This document shows positions 55,725 through 64,000 of a DNA stretch of 64,000 nt, in pieces. The notes below the pieces were generated by a model. That model did no database searches and had not been told where the DNA came from. It saw only the letters and a program-made list of their open reading frames with translations. The DNA comes from an uncultured Acidobacteriota bacterium (lineage in GTDB: Bacteria; Acidobacteriota; Terriglobia; UBA7540): contig CAWDSK010000005.1 of the NCBI GenBank assembly GCA_963804995.1, positions 576,001-640,000 of the forward strand. The letters are read 5' to 3'. A program made the translations under genes and the position numbers. Position 1 is the stretch's first letter, and each line of letters starts with the position of its first letter.

Positions 55725-58700
55725 TTACCAATAGAACTTGAGTGCCAATTGCACCTCGCGCGGGCTGTTGGCCTGACTGCTGACCACGCCGAAATTCCCC
55801 GAATTGACTTGGGCGTTGGGCGCGGCAAACTGCGGATGATTGAGGGCGTTGAAGCTCTCCAGCCGAAACTCGGCCCTCATCCCCTCTCGTACCTTCGAGA
55901 GCGCTATTTCCTTGAACAAGGAGAGCGAACCGTTGCGAGTACCGGGAGCCCGGACGTTGGGAAGCGACGAGGGGGCTGTCCCAATCGTGAACGGAGGAGG
56001 CGTAACAGCGACCTCAGGGTTGGTGAAGTAGCCGCCTGTAAACCATGCAGACCGGTCGTTATTGCGTTTGAGCGGCGCGAGCAGGTTCGGCTGCTGACTG
56101 CCATAAGTGGGAAGCGAGGTCCCGCCAGAGAGTGTCATATAAATGGGTTGACCGTTGTCAAATCGCCAGACGCCGTTGGTCTGCCAGCCTCCCAGCACCC
56201 CATTCACCCACTTATTCCAATTCCCGCCCCAGCGTTTCCCGTGACCCACGGGTAGTTCATAGACGTAAATGACATTTAACACCTGCGGGATATCGAATTG
56301 GGAAAGTCCCCGCTCCAGCTTGAGGTTATTGGGATCCTGAAGGTGAGTGTGCCCACCCGTATAGGTGACGTTGCCGCCCTGCACGGAAGCGTTGTCGATG
56401 GACTTCGAAATGGTGTAATTAACCAGAAATTGCAGCCCATGAGAGAAACGTTTCTCGAATTTAAACTGCGCGGCGTGGTAGATGGAATTCGCCCAGGGTG
56501 GTTCTATGACGCTCGTGCCGCTGAACTGGGGGTGCGGGACTAAGAGAGACGACTGCTGGACATTGGGAGCCGATAGCGGACTGTTCGGATCAGTGATAAT
56601 CCCGTAGAACGGGTTGGGCACTGACGAATTCAGTGCCGAGATCTGGCCGGGGGTGGCACTCTCAACCGAGGGCCCGAGGTAATTGAGGTTGCCATACCCG
56701 CCGAAGAAAAGATGCGTGCCTTTCGTCCCTACGTAGTTGGCGTCGAAAAGGATGTTCCCAGGCAACTCGCGTTGGATTCCCAAGCTCCAGGTTTGCGTAT
56801 AGGGTACGGTATTCCAGGTTCGGATGGCGCCGGTTGCCGTCTCGCCGAGCTGCGTCAGCGGTCCGAGTGAACTTCCCGTCGGTAGATTCGGACCGCCACT
56901 GGGCCAGGGGTTGCTGATACGTCCATAGGGGGTAGCTTGGTCGTTTTGGTAGCTGGTAAACCAGTTGGTAAGGGCGATGAACCCATCAAATCCGTAATTC
57001 ACGTCGCCGGTAGGCCCGAAATCGAAGGTGTTGTAAAAGATGCCGTAGCCCGCGCGCAGTACAGTATTGGGCGCAAAGCGGTAGGCCAAGCCGAGACGCG
57101 GCCCAATCTCCTTGGTATAAAGGTTGGCAATCGAGCGGTTGCTGGGGGTTACAAACACTTCTCCGCCCTTCAGGTCGGGCATGCCGGGCACTTGGAGAGG
57201 CGATGATAGATTGGGATCAAAATACTCCTGCCGGTTATGCCGCTCCGTGCGCGGAAATTCCAGGTCGTAGCGGATCCCCAGGTTGAGGGTGAGCTTGGGG
57301 CTGACGTGCCAATTGTCCTGGACATAGGCGGCATAAGAGAAGCCCTGAGTGACGGGTCGTATGGGCACCTCATATTGACCCCAGGCGCCATAGGAGGTGC
57401 CGGTCAGGAAGGTGGCCATGGCGTCACCACCAATGGGACCGTTGTCCGTTTGCTGCCCCGTCTGGGGGAAGTCGAAGCCGAAAACACCCCCAGGGGTGCC
57501 GGGTTCGAAGTAGTAGTTGCGCTCCATGCGCATTTCGCCGCCAAACTTGAACTCATGGCGACCCTGCATGCAATCGAGGCTGCCCAGCAAGTCGTGGGTT
57601 TCGTGCCGGACGTGCGCAATCCCCCAACCTTGCTCACCAATGCTATTCCCGCCGGCCACAGCGTATCCGCCGTAGATGTTGATGTCCGGCAGGGCCTTTA
57701 TTCCGCTCAACTCCATGTACGCCGGCTCACCGAGGTCCTTGACCGGGTCGAAGTTAGGGTAATCTCCGAGGACGCCCGGGTTGGCAAAACCACCGCGCAC
57801 CCACCCGTAGGACAGAGTCAACACCGTGGTCGGACTGAAGGAATGACTCGCGTTCACGACAGCGGTGATCCCGATGCCAGTTCCCGCCCCGTCCGAGCAA
57901 GGGTCCAAGGCGTTGCCGAAGCAGTTGGGGGCGTGCCCTGACGAGGGGCTATCCGAAAATCGGGCGGTCAGTTGCGTCCGCTCGCTCAGGTGGTGGTCAA
58001 TGCGGATATCGAACTGGTCTCCTCTGCTCCGGCTCGCGCCGCTTCCTTGAAAGTTGAGGTAAGGGTTGTAGGCGGCAGTGCCGACATTGTAATTGGGCGT
58101 CGGGAAGTACTGCATAATCTTAAAGGCCACGGGATCGATCAAGTTGCCAGGCATCGCCGGGATTTGGAAAGGCGTCCCCGCCAGCTTGGGGCTCCCGCCG
58201 CTTTGATAAGCCGCCATGTTATTGAAAGGAACGTAGGCGGTCTTGACTGACCCGCCCAGGTTCGGGTCGTAAGTCCCGGTATAAGGGTCCCAGACCTGGC
58301 CGTTGGGATCGGAGCACATCCCATTGCCGTCGAAAGTTCCGCCCGCGGCGCCGCACAGCTCGCCAAAGTCACCCTGCCGCTCGGCAGCGCTGGGAACTCC
58401 TGCGCTGAACGCCTGCAATTTCCGCACGCGCGAGCCTTCGTAGTCCACGAAGAAAAACGTCTTGTCCTTCCGAATGGGCCCGCCCACCGTGAAGCCAAAA
58501 TCGTTGTACCGCAGCGGGGGAAGCTTGCCTCCGCTGGCGTTGCTAAACCAGTTGTTGGAGTCAAAAATCTGGTTGCGGACGAATTCGTATGCTGAACCAT
58601 GTAATTTATTGGTGCCCGAGCGCAGCACGACGTTCAGGACCGTCCCCCCGCTGAAGCCAATGTCGGCGCTGAAGTTGTTCTGCTGGACCTTAAACTCCTG

Positions 58701-59426
58701 CACGGCATCAATGGAGGGCGTATATTGCACTTCGCGGAGCTGGCTATCGTCGGAGTGGGTCGTTACGGTGACGCCATCCACCAACACATCGGCGGTCATG
58801 TTGCGGCTGCCGTTCGAGGTAAAGTTATTGTTGTTCACCTGATCTGCAAAGGCGCCCCCGGCGGTGGGGTTGATGCCCGGGGCAAGGAATGCCAGGTCAA
58901 ACACCCCGCGGCCGATCAAAGGCAGGTCGTTGATGAATTTCCTGTCCACCTCCTGCCCGGTGACCGCATCCTGTGTGGCCAGGAGCGGGGCGGCGCCCCT
59001 CACTTCCACCGTCTGGGTCGTGGTCCCTATTTCCAGATGCACATCCACGGTCCCGGCTTGCTTGACATCTAACGTAATCCCGCCCTGCTCGTAGGTCTTG
59101 AAGCCCCGCGCTTCGACCGCCAATCGGTAGGTGCTGGGGGGAAGGTTGCGAAGCAGATAGCGGCCCGTGGCGTCGGTCGTGGCATTGTAAACGAATCCCT
59201 TGTCCACGTCCGTCAAAGTCGCCTTGGCGCCTGGGACAGTCCCCCCGGAAGGGTCGGTGATAACGCCGGTAAGCGAGGCGTTATAAACCTGCGCCCAAGC
59301 GCACCCCCCACCCAGGGTTAAGATCAACATCATGGACAACATAAGAGCCGACCAAGTCGAATGAGCCTCATGCGCTGTCCACGCATCTCGGCGTCCCAGA
59401 CCAAATGAAGAAGATGATTGCCTCAT
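55725..59426 (-). CDS. TonB-dependent receptor (Oar-like, carboxypeptidase-regulatory-like N-domain)
   Basis: GVITDPSG, DAVQEFKV, LTLNLGIRYD motifs and C-terminal PREVQLALKFYW; upstream TTGACA-17-TAACTG at 59488-59516. Confidence 0.95.
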   Translation of the reverse strand: MRQSSSSFGLGRRDAWTAHEAHSTWSALMLSMMLILTLGGGCAWAQVYNASLTGVITDPSGGTVPGAKATLTDVDKGFVYNATTDATGRYLLRNLPPSTYRLAVEARGFKTYEQGGITLDVKQAGTVDVHLEIGTTTQTVEVRGAAPLLATQDAVTGQEVDRKFINDLPLIGRGVFDLAFLAPGINPTAGGAFADQVNNNNFTSNGSRNMTADVLVDGVTVTTHSDDSQLREVQYTPSIDAVQEFKVQQNNFSADIGFSGGTVLNVVLRSGTNKLHGSAYEFVRNQIFDSNNWFSNASGGKLPPLRYNDFGFTVGGPIRKDKTFFFVDYEGSRVRKLQAFSAGVPSAAERQGDFGELCGAAGGTFDGNGMCSDPNGQVWDPYTGTYDPNLGGSVKTAYVPFNNMAAYQSGGSPKLAGTPFQIPAMPGNLIDPVAFKIMQYFPTPNYNVGTAAYNPYLNFQGSGASRSRGDQFDIRIDHHLSERTQLTARFSDSPSSGHAPNCFGNALDPCSDGAGTGIGITAVVNASHSFSPTTVLTLSYGWVRGGFANPGVLGDYPNFDPVKDLGEPAYMELSGIKALPDINIYGGYAVAGGNSIGEQGWGIAHVRHETHDLLGSLDCMQGRHEFKFGGEMRMERNYYFEPGTPGGVFGFDFPQTGQQTDNGPIGGDAMATFLTGTSYGAWGQYEVPIRPVTQGFSYAAYVQDNWHVSPKLTLNLGIRYDLEFPRTERHNRQEYFDPNLSSPLQVPGMPDLKGGEVFVTPSNRSIANLYTKEIGPRLGLAYRFAPNTVLRAGYGIFYNTFDFGPTGDVNYGFDGFIALTNWFTSYQNDQATPYGRISNPWPSGGPNLPTGSSLGPLTQLGETATGAIRTWNTVPYTQTWSLGIQRELPGNILFDANYVGTKGTHLFFGGYGNLNYLGPSVESATPGQISALNSSVPNPFYGIITDPNSPLSAPNVQQSSLLVPHPQFSGTSVIEPPWANSIYHAAQFKFEKRFSHGLQFLVNYTISKSIDNASVQGGNVTYTGGHTHLQDPNNLKLERGLSQFDIPQVLNVIYVYELPVGHGKRWGGNWNKWVNGVLGGWQTNGVWRFDNGQPIYMTLSGGTSLPTYGSQQPNLLAPLKRNNDRSAWFTGGYFTNPEVAVTPPPFTIGTAPSSLPNVRAPGTRNGSLSLFKEIALSKVREGMRAEFRLESFNALNHPQFAAPNAQVNSGNFGVVSSQANSPREVQLALKFYW

Positions 59427-59592
59427 GGGTTCCTCCAGGCGTGATATTCCGGCAGGCACACACTAATACTCCCACACTTGACCGCAGCAGTTACCAGATA
59501 AGAGTGATGTTGTCAAGCCGTATATTGCGTGGTGATAATTCGCGTCGTGAGTTTTGACCTTTCTCTTGGCGAAGGGCCTTCCAGCCGCCGTT

Positions 59593-61536
59593 CTACAGCG
59601 CTTTGGCGCGAGCAAACTCCTGCTGGGCTTTTTCATCTTGTCCCAAGGCTTCGTAGGCTCGACCCAAATGATAATGGGCTTTCGCCATCCTTGGATTGAT
59701 GGCCACGGCCCGTTCAAGTTCTTGCGTGGCATCCTGCGGACGGTTGAGGTAAAGATAAAGTTCTCCCAGGGCCTCGTGCGCTTCCGCATAGTCGGGAAGG
59801 ACCTTGATGGCTTGCTGAAAAGCCTGAAGGGCGGACTGCGGCTGCTTGCGGCGGGTATACACGACTCCCAGATTGAAGGCCGCCGCGAAGTTTGCCGGGT
59901 CAAGTTCAAGCACATGGTGAAAGGCCTGCTCAGCGCCTTCCAGGTCTCCGGTCTCCAATTGCGAAAGCCCCAGGTAGTAGGCGGCTACTGAGTTCTTGGG
60001 GTCGAGCTCGAGGACGGACTGGTAATACGCGGCGGCGTGGGGGAAGTCATTCAGGTGATAGTAATCACCCGCCATCAGAAAGCGTATGATGCGCGAATGG
60101 AGCTCTGTCTTTTCCGCCAGTTGGAGTTTCAGAAGCGACTCCGCGTAATGTCCTTCCTCCTCGTCGGTGAGGGCTGCGGATACCAGCTCATAAATCTGGA
60201 TGCGGTCCTTGGGGTCGGGCAGCGCGTTTCCGCCCGCGTCCGTGATGGTCCCCGCGGACACGGCCACGTATCCCAGAGAGCGGAGGCTCTCCAGAAGCGC
60301 GGGATCGGTGGGGGCATTGGCGGTTGCAGCAGCGCCGGCGGCTGGCGTGTAGGGGCTGAGCAGCGCGCGCAGGCGGTTGCTCATTTCCTGCGCCACCGTT
60401 TGCTGAGTGGGGAAGAGGTTTTTTAATTCCTTGGGGTCAGTGCGCGTGTCGTAGAGCTCCGGACGTGTGGTCTCGATATATTTCCACCCGCGCCACTCGA
60501 GGCTGCGCAGCAAGTTCCAGCCAAAATGCAGCAAGGGAGGATAGCTCTCCGCATAGAGGTTCGACGAGCTTTCCACCCTGCGGCCCTCAACCAAGCTCAG
60601 CAGGCTTCGTCCTTGTACGCTCGTGGGGATGGGAATTCTGAGTGCCTGCAAAACCGTGGGCATCACATCCACCAGCGAGACCTCGTCAGCAACCACCCGC
60701 GGAGCGGCGCCCGGGACTTTAATGATACAGGCTATATGCAGGGTGGCATTATAGACGAAGAAACCATGCGTTTTCTCGCCATGTTCCCCCAGACTCTCAC
60801 CATGATCGCTGACCAGCACCACCAGCGACTTCTCCAGGCGCCCCTGCTCGGTCAGCGCGGCCATAAGACGCCCGACCTGGGCGTCGGCAAAGGCGATTTC
60901 CCCGTCATAGGGACGGCCTCGATAACGCCCCGCATAAGGCTCGGGAGGGCGGTACGGAGCGTGCGGGTCGTAAAGGTGAACCCACAGAAACACGGGCTGG
61001 GGCGGACGGTGCATCAACCACTTCTGCGCCTCATCCACCACCTGGTCGCCGCGGCGCTTCAGGGCGTCCAGGTGCACTTCTTCCTTGCCCCCCAGCTCGA
61101 AATGATCGAAATAAGTATCAAAGCCCTGGTTCAGTCCGAAGCGTGAGTCCAGCACGGGCGCGCCAATGAAGGCTGCCGTCGAATAGCCGTGGTCGTGCAG
61201 AACTCTGGCCAGCGTGGCGGTCCCCGGGGGAACTCGATTGCCCGTGAAATCGTGGACGCCGGTCGCGAGCGGGAACGCGCCGGTCAGGAGCGAGGTGTGC
61301 GCCGGCAAGGTGATGGGAACCGGCGTAAAGGCTTGGGTAAATCGCGCGCCCGCCTCTGCCAGGTGGTCGATATGGGGAGTCTGGATTGAGGGGTAGCCGT
61401 AGCACCCCAGGTGATCGGGACGTAGCGTATCGATGGTAATCAGGACAACATCGTAGGCAGGCCGGTCCGCCGCTGCACAGGGAGAGCCCAGCAGGAGCAG
61501 AGCAAAGATCGCCCCTAGGTGCTTGCTCGGAAACAT
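59593..61536 (-). CDS. Sulfatase-like hydrolase/transferase with C-terminal TPRs
   Basis: ITIDTLRPDHL, PITLPAHTSLLTG, HLYDPH and SDHGESLGEH motifs; TPR tail. Confidence 0.9.
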   Translation of the reverse strand: MFPSKHLGAIFALLLLGSPCAAADRPAYDVVLITIDTLRPDHLGCYGYPSIQTPHIDHLAEAGARFTQAFTPVPITLPAHTSLLTGAFPLATGVHDFTGNRVPPGTATLARVLHDHGYSTAAFIGAPVLDSRFGLNQGFDTYFDHFELGGKEEVHLDALKRRGDQVVDEAQKWLMHRPPQPVFLWVHLYDPHAPYRPPEPYAGRYRGRPYDGEIAFADAQVGRLMAALTEQGRLEKSLVVLVSDHGESLGEHGEKTHGFFVYNATLHIACIIKVPGAAPRVVADEVSLVDVMPTVLQALRIPIPTSVQGRSLLSLVEGRRVESSSNLYAESYPPLLHFGWNLLRSLEWRGWKYIETTRPELYDTRTDPKELKNLFPTQQTVAQEMSNRLRALLSPYTPAAGAAATANAPTDPALLESLRSLGYVAVSAGTITDAGGNALPDPKDRIQIYELVSAALTDEEEGHYAESLLKLQLAEKTELHSRIIRFLMAGDYYHLNDFPHAAAYYQSVLELDPKNSVAAYYLGLSQLETGDLEGAEQAFHHVLELDPANFAAAFNLGVVYTRRKQPQSALQAFQQAIKVLPDYAEAHEALGELYLYLNRPQDATQELERAVAINPRMAKAHYHLGRAYEALGQDEKAQQEFARAKAL

Positions 61537-61760
61537 TCCAGAAATTCTTGCGCTCCTCAATCCGCTACGAGCCGCAACCGCTTTGCGCCGCCTATTCCAG
61601 CAGAGAGAATAGTGCAGGACGATGCCCTGCCGCAACCCAACTTGATCCCTGCGTTGTGACACCCTCCCCGGCGTCCCCAATGTCGTCTGCCGGGAGGCGG
61701 TGTAGGTCCTGCCCCGGCGTATTGTGGTGGTAGGATACAACCCTCATAGGAGGTGAGCCC

Positions 61761-62789
61761 ATGTCGATTCTCGAAAGATACGCCGCCTGGGTAGGCTTGG
61801 TCTTAATTTCAATTACGTCTATGGTGTGGCACTCCAGCCCTGCGACCGCGATGGAGCCTATTGATCCGTATGAGCAGGTCAAGCGCCTGGGTCGAGGTGT
61901 GAACATTCTGGGCTATGACCCGATCTGGGATGACTTCTCCAAGGCACGCTTCAAGGAGCAGGATTTTAAACTGATTCACGATGCCGGCTTCCAGTCCGTG
62001 CGCATCAACCTGCACGCCCTTCAGCGCCTGAGCGCGGAGAACGGCTATAAGCTGGGAGAGGCGTGGCTGCACACCCTGGATTGGGCGGTCGAGAACGCCC
62101 TGGCGAATGATCTCATCGTCATCCTCAACCTCCACAATTACGAAGACATCGCCCAGGATGCCGCCGGATATAAGCCGCGACTGATGGCGTATTGGAAGCA
62201 GATTGCCAGGCATTTCCAGGACGCCCCGAATTCCGTGCTGTTTGAAATCCTGAACGAGCCGAATGGTCAACTGACTCCCCAACTCTGGAACGAGTTTCTG
62301 CTTGAGGCGTTGGCAATTATCCGCGAGACAAACCCGGCTCGGACGGTGGTCATCCCCCCACCCTTCTGGGACAACATCAACCACCTGAATGATCTGGAGT
62401 TGCCCGAGGGAGACCAGAACATCATCGTGACGGTGCATTACTATAGGCCGATGAAGTTTACGCACCAGGGAGCCTCTTGGGAAAAGGAGACGGCCCATCT
62501 TAGTGGAATAAGCTGGGGGACCGCCGAAGAGAAAAAGCGGGTGGTGGACGACTTCAACCGCGCGCAACAGTGGTCAGTCGCGCATCATCGTTCCCTTTTC
62601 CTCGGGGAATTCGGCTCCTACGATAAAGCCCCGATGAAATCGCGGGTGCGTTACACGTCGTGGGTTGCCCGTACCGCCGAATCCCTGGGCTGGGCGTGGA
62701 CTTACTGGCAGTTCGATTCTGATTTCATCGTCTACGACATCGACAAGGCGAGGTGGGTGGAACCGATTCGCAAGGCGCTAGTTCCCTAG
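61761..62789 (+). CDS. Glycoside hydrolase family 5 endoglucanase
   Basis: LGRGVN, FEILNEP, TVHYY, LGEFG and WTYWQF motifs. Confidence 0.92.
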   Translation: MSILERYAAWVGLVLISITSMVWHSSPATAMEPIDPYEQVKRLGRGVNILGYDPIWDDFSKARFKEQDFKLIHDAGFQSVRINLHALQRLSAENGYKLGEAWLHTLDWAVENALANDLIVILNLHNYEDIAQDAAGYKPRLMAYWKQIARHFQDAPNSVLFEILNEPNGQLTPQLWNEFLLEALAIIRETNPARTVVIPPPFWDNINHLNDLELPEGDQNIIVTVHYYRPMKFTHQGASWEKETAHLSGISWGTAEEKKRVVDDFNRAQQWSVAHHRSLFLGEFGSYDKAPMKSRVRYTSWVARTAESLGWAWTYWQFDSDFIVYDIDKARWVEPIRKALVP

Positions 62790-63021
62790 CGTCCGGAGTC
62801 AGAAGTTCGTTGATGATTCGAGAACCCCCTCACCCCCGGCCCCTCTGTCGCCGCGGCGACCGAGGGGGGAGTTTGTTTGAATTTACTGCCCTCGCCCCCT
62901 TGGGGGAGAGGGTGGCCCGCCGCCGGCGTTTTCACCAGCCGGGGCGGGACGGGTGAGGGGGTCACCTTGGAACAAATTGAAGGGGAGACTTTGTTCGCGA
63001 ACTTCTAACTCAGGACCCTAG
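62786..63021. mobile_element. CTAG-bounded MITE-like element (third TIR family) enclosing a REP doublet
   Basis: Left CTAGCGTCCGGAGTCAGAAGTTCG versus right reverse complement CTAGGGTCCTGAGTTAGAAGTTCG (21/24). The left CTAG includes the GH5 stop codon. Confidence 0.8.
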
Positions 63022-63036
63022 GCCGCGCCGTCCGCG

Positions 63037-64000
63037 CTATTTATCCCCAATCCGACCGCGCAAGACTACGATCGATGCCTTGGGAAGCTGGTAGAGCGCT
63101 TCCGCCCCGCCGGTGACTGTGGATTTGGAAGGTGGGCCGTCGGGGTCCGCATGGCCGCCTGTGGCCTCGGCATGCCACTGGTATTCAGCAGCTCCAAAAG
63201 TAATCCGGTCGACCGGACCGGTGAAGAAACGACCGCGCCGGGATTCTTCGAAAACCACCTTCACCGCGTGGTCATTGTCGTGATCTTTGTTGATGAGCAT
63301 GATGGACCATTGCCCGTCCGGCCGCTCCAGCGCGTAGGCCGTGACCAGCAGGTTCCCGGAAGCATCCGTCACGTCACTCGAAACCCTGAAGAGCCGATGC
63401 GGTGCATCGACCGGTTGGACCCACTCCTTGGTAATCATCTGCGCGGCAAGGTACTGAGGCGGATAATCTATTACGTGGTAATCCTTGTCCAGCCTGAGGA
63501 ATCCGCCGTGCCCGCCCGGCATTGGCATGTAGTGGAAATAAAAAGTGCCGCTGGCCCCTCCCGTCATCATCGAGCCCACATAATCCGCCAACCAGAGGCC
63601 GCTCTTGACGTCAGATGGCCCGGAACCCCCACCCATGTTGCCCTCCGTCATATAGAAAGGCATGCCGGGTGACAAACCATTGTCTTTCCAAGCCTGAATA
63701 ACGTTGCTTACGAACCCCGGCTCCTGGTAGAGGTCAGCCCAGGAGCCCGGGGTCTTCCGGTCCTGGAAAGGATAGTGCTCAAACGAAAAGAACGTGAAGT
63801 CTTTCATCCCGCCGTGCGCTTTGAGGTAATCGATGAACCGGCCCAGCCAGGAGACTTTCCCCTGCGCGTCCGGCCAGACCTCGACGTCGCCGAACGTTCC
63901 CTCGAAAGCCGGCCCTCCCAGCTTCGCCTCGGGGACAAGCCGATGAATGGCCCGGGCGAATTGCAGGTATAAGGCGCCGTAGTCTTCGGGAAGCATGTGC
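63037..64000 (-). CDS. C-terminal part of a clan-A glycoside-hydrolase-like protein (5' end outside window)
   Basis: KLGGPAF, SFEHYP and YMTEGN motifs; C-terminal beta-sandwich ending LPKASIVVLRG. Confidence 0.7.
   Translation of the reverse strand, partial: HMLPEDYGALYLQFARAIHRLVPEAKLGGPAFEGTFGDVEVWPDAQGKVSWLGRFIDYLKAHGGMKDFTFFSFEHYPFQDRKTPGSWADLYQEPGFVSNVIQAWKDNGLSPGMPFYMTEGNMGGGSGPSDVKSGLWLADYVGSMMTGGASGTFYFHYMPMPGGHGGFLRLDKDYHVIDYPPQYLAAQMITKEWVQPVDAPHRLFRVSSDVTDASGNLLVTAYALERPDGQWSIMLINKDHDNDHAVKVVFEESRRGRFFTGPVDRITFGAAEYQWHAEATGGHADPDGPPSKSTVTGGAEALYQLPKASIVVLRGRIGDK

Noticed and set aside
59593..61536. Sulfatase lacking the C/S-x-P-x-R motif (TLPAH) as a novelty
   Set aside because: This Thr variant with TPRs is, to my knowledge, common in Acidobacteria.

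Overview
GC-rich bacterial chromosomal window, most consistent with an Acidobacteriota (Terriglobia-like) genome; this is inferred from the Oar-type TonB-dependent receptor, TPR-sulfatase and many Tat-exported sugar enzymes. The backbone is carbohydrate and sugar-acid utilisation: GH5-like hydrolases, ROK kinase, SIS protein, MFS permease, ThuA, Gfo/Idh/MocA, sugar isomerases, enolase-superfamily dehydratases, ceramidase-like proteins, DUF4838 and TBDR/TPR/sulfatase. Many intergenic gaps are packed with palindromic repeats of several families. These include GTAG-type REPs/REPINs around a truncated RAYT (Y1 HUH) transposase, CCCTCACCC/CCCTCTCCC doublets wrapped in MITE-like terminal inverted repeats, 14-60 bp micro-palindromes inserted into those REPs, and short tandem repeats. 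Two accessory zones (about 9.7-13.2 kb and 27.6-35.7 kb) look like arrays of repeat-delimited cassettes carrying toxin-antitoxin modules, orphan genes and gene fragments. A low-GC islet at 42.2-43.5 kb encodes unannotated small proteins. No CRISPR array, rRNA or convincing tRNA was seen. Four genes carry single +A frameshifts, possibly sequencing errors.
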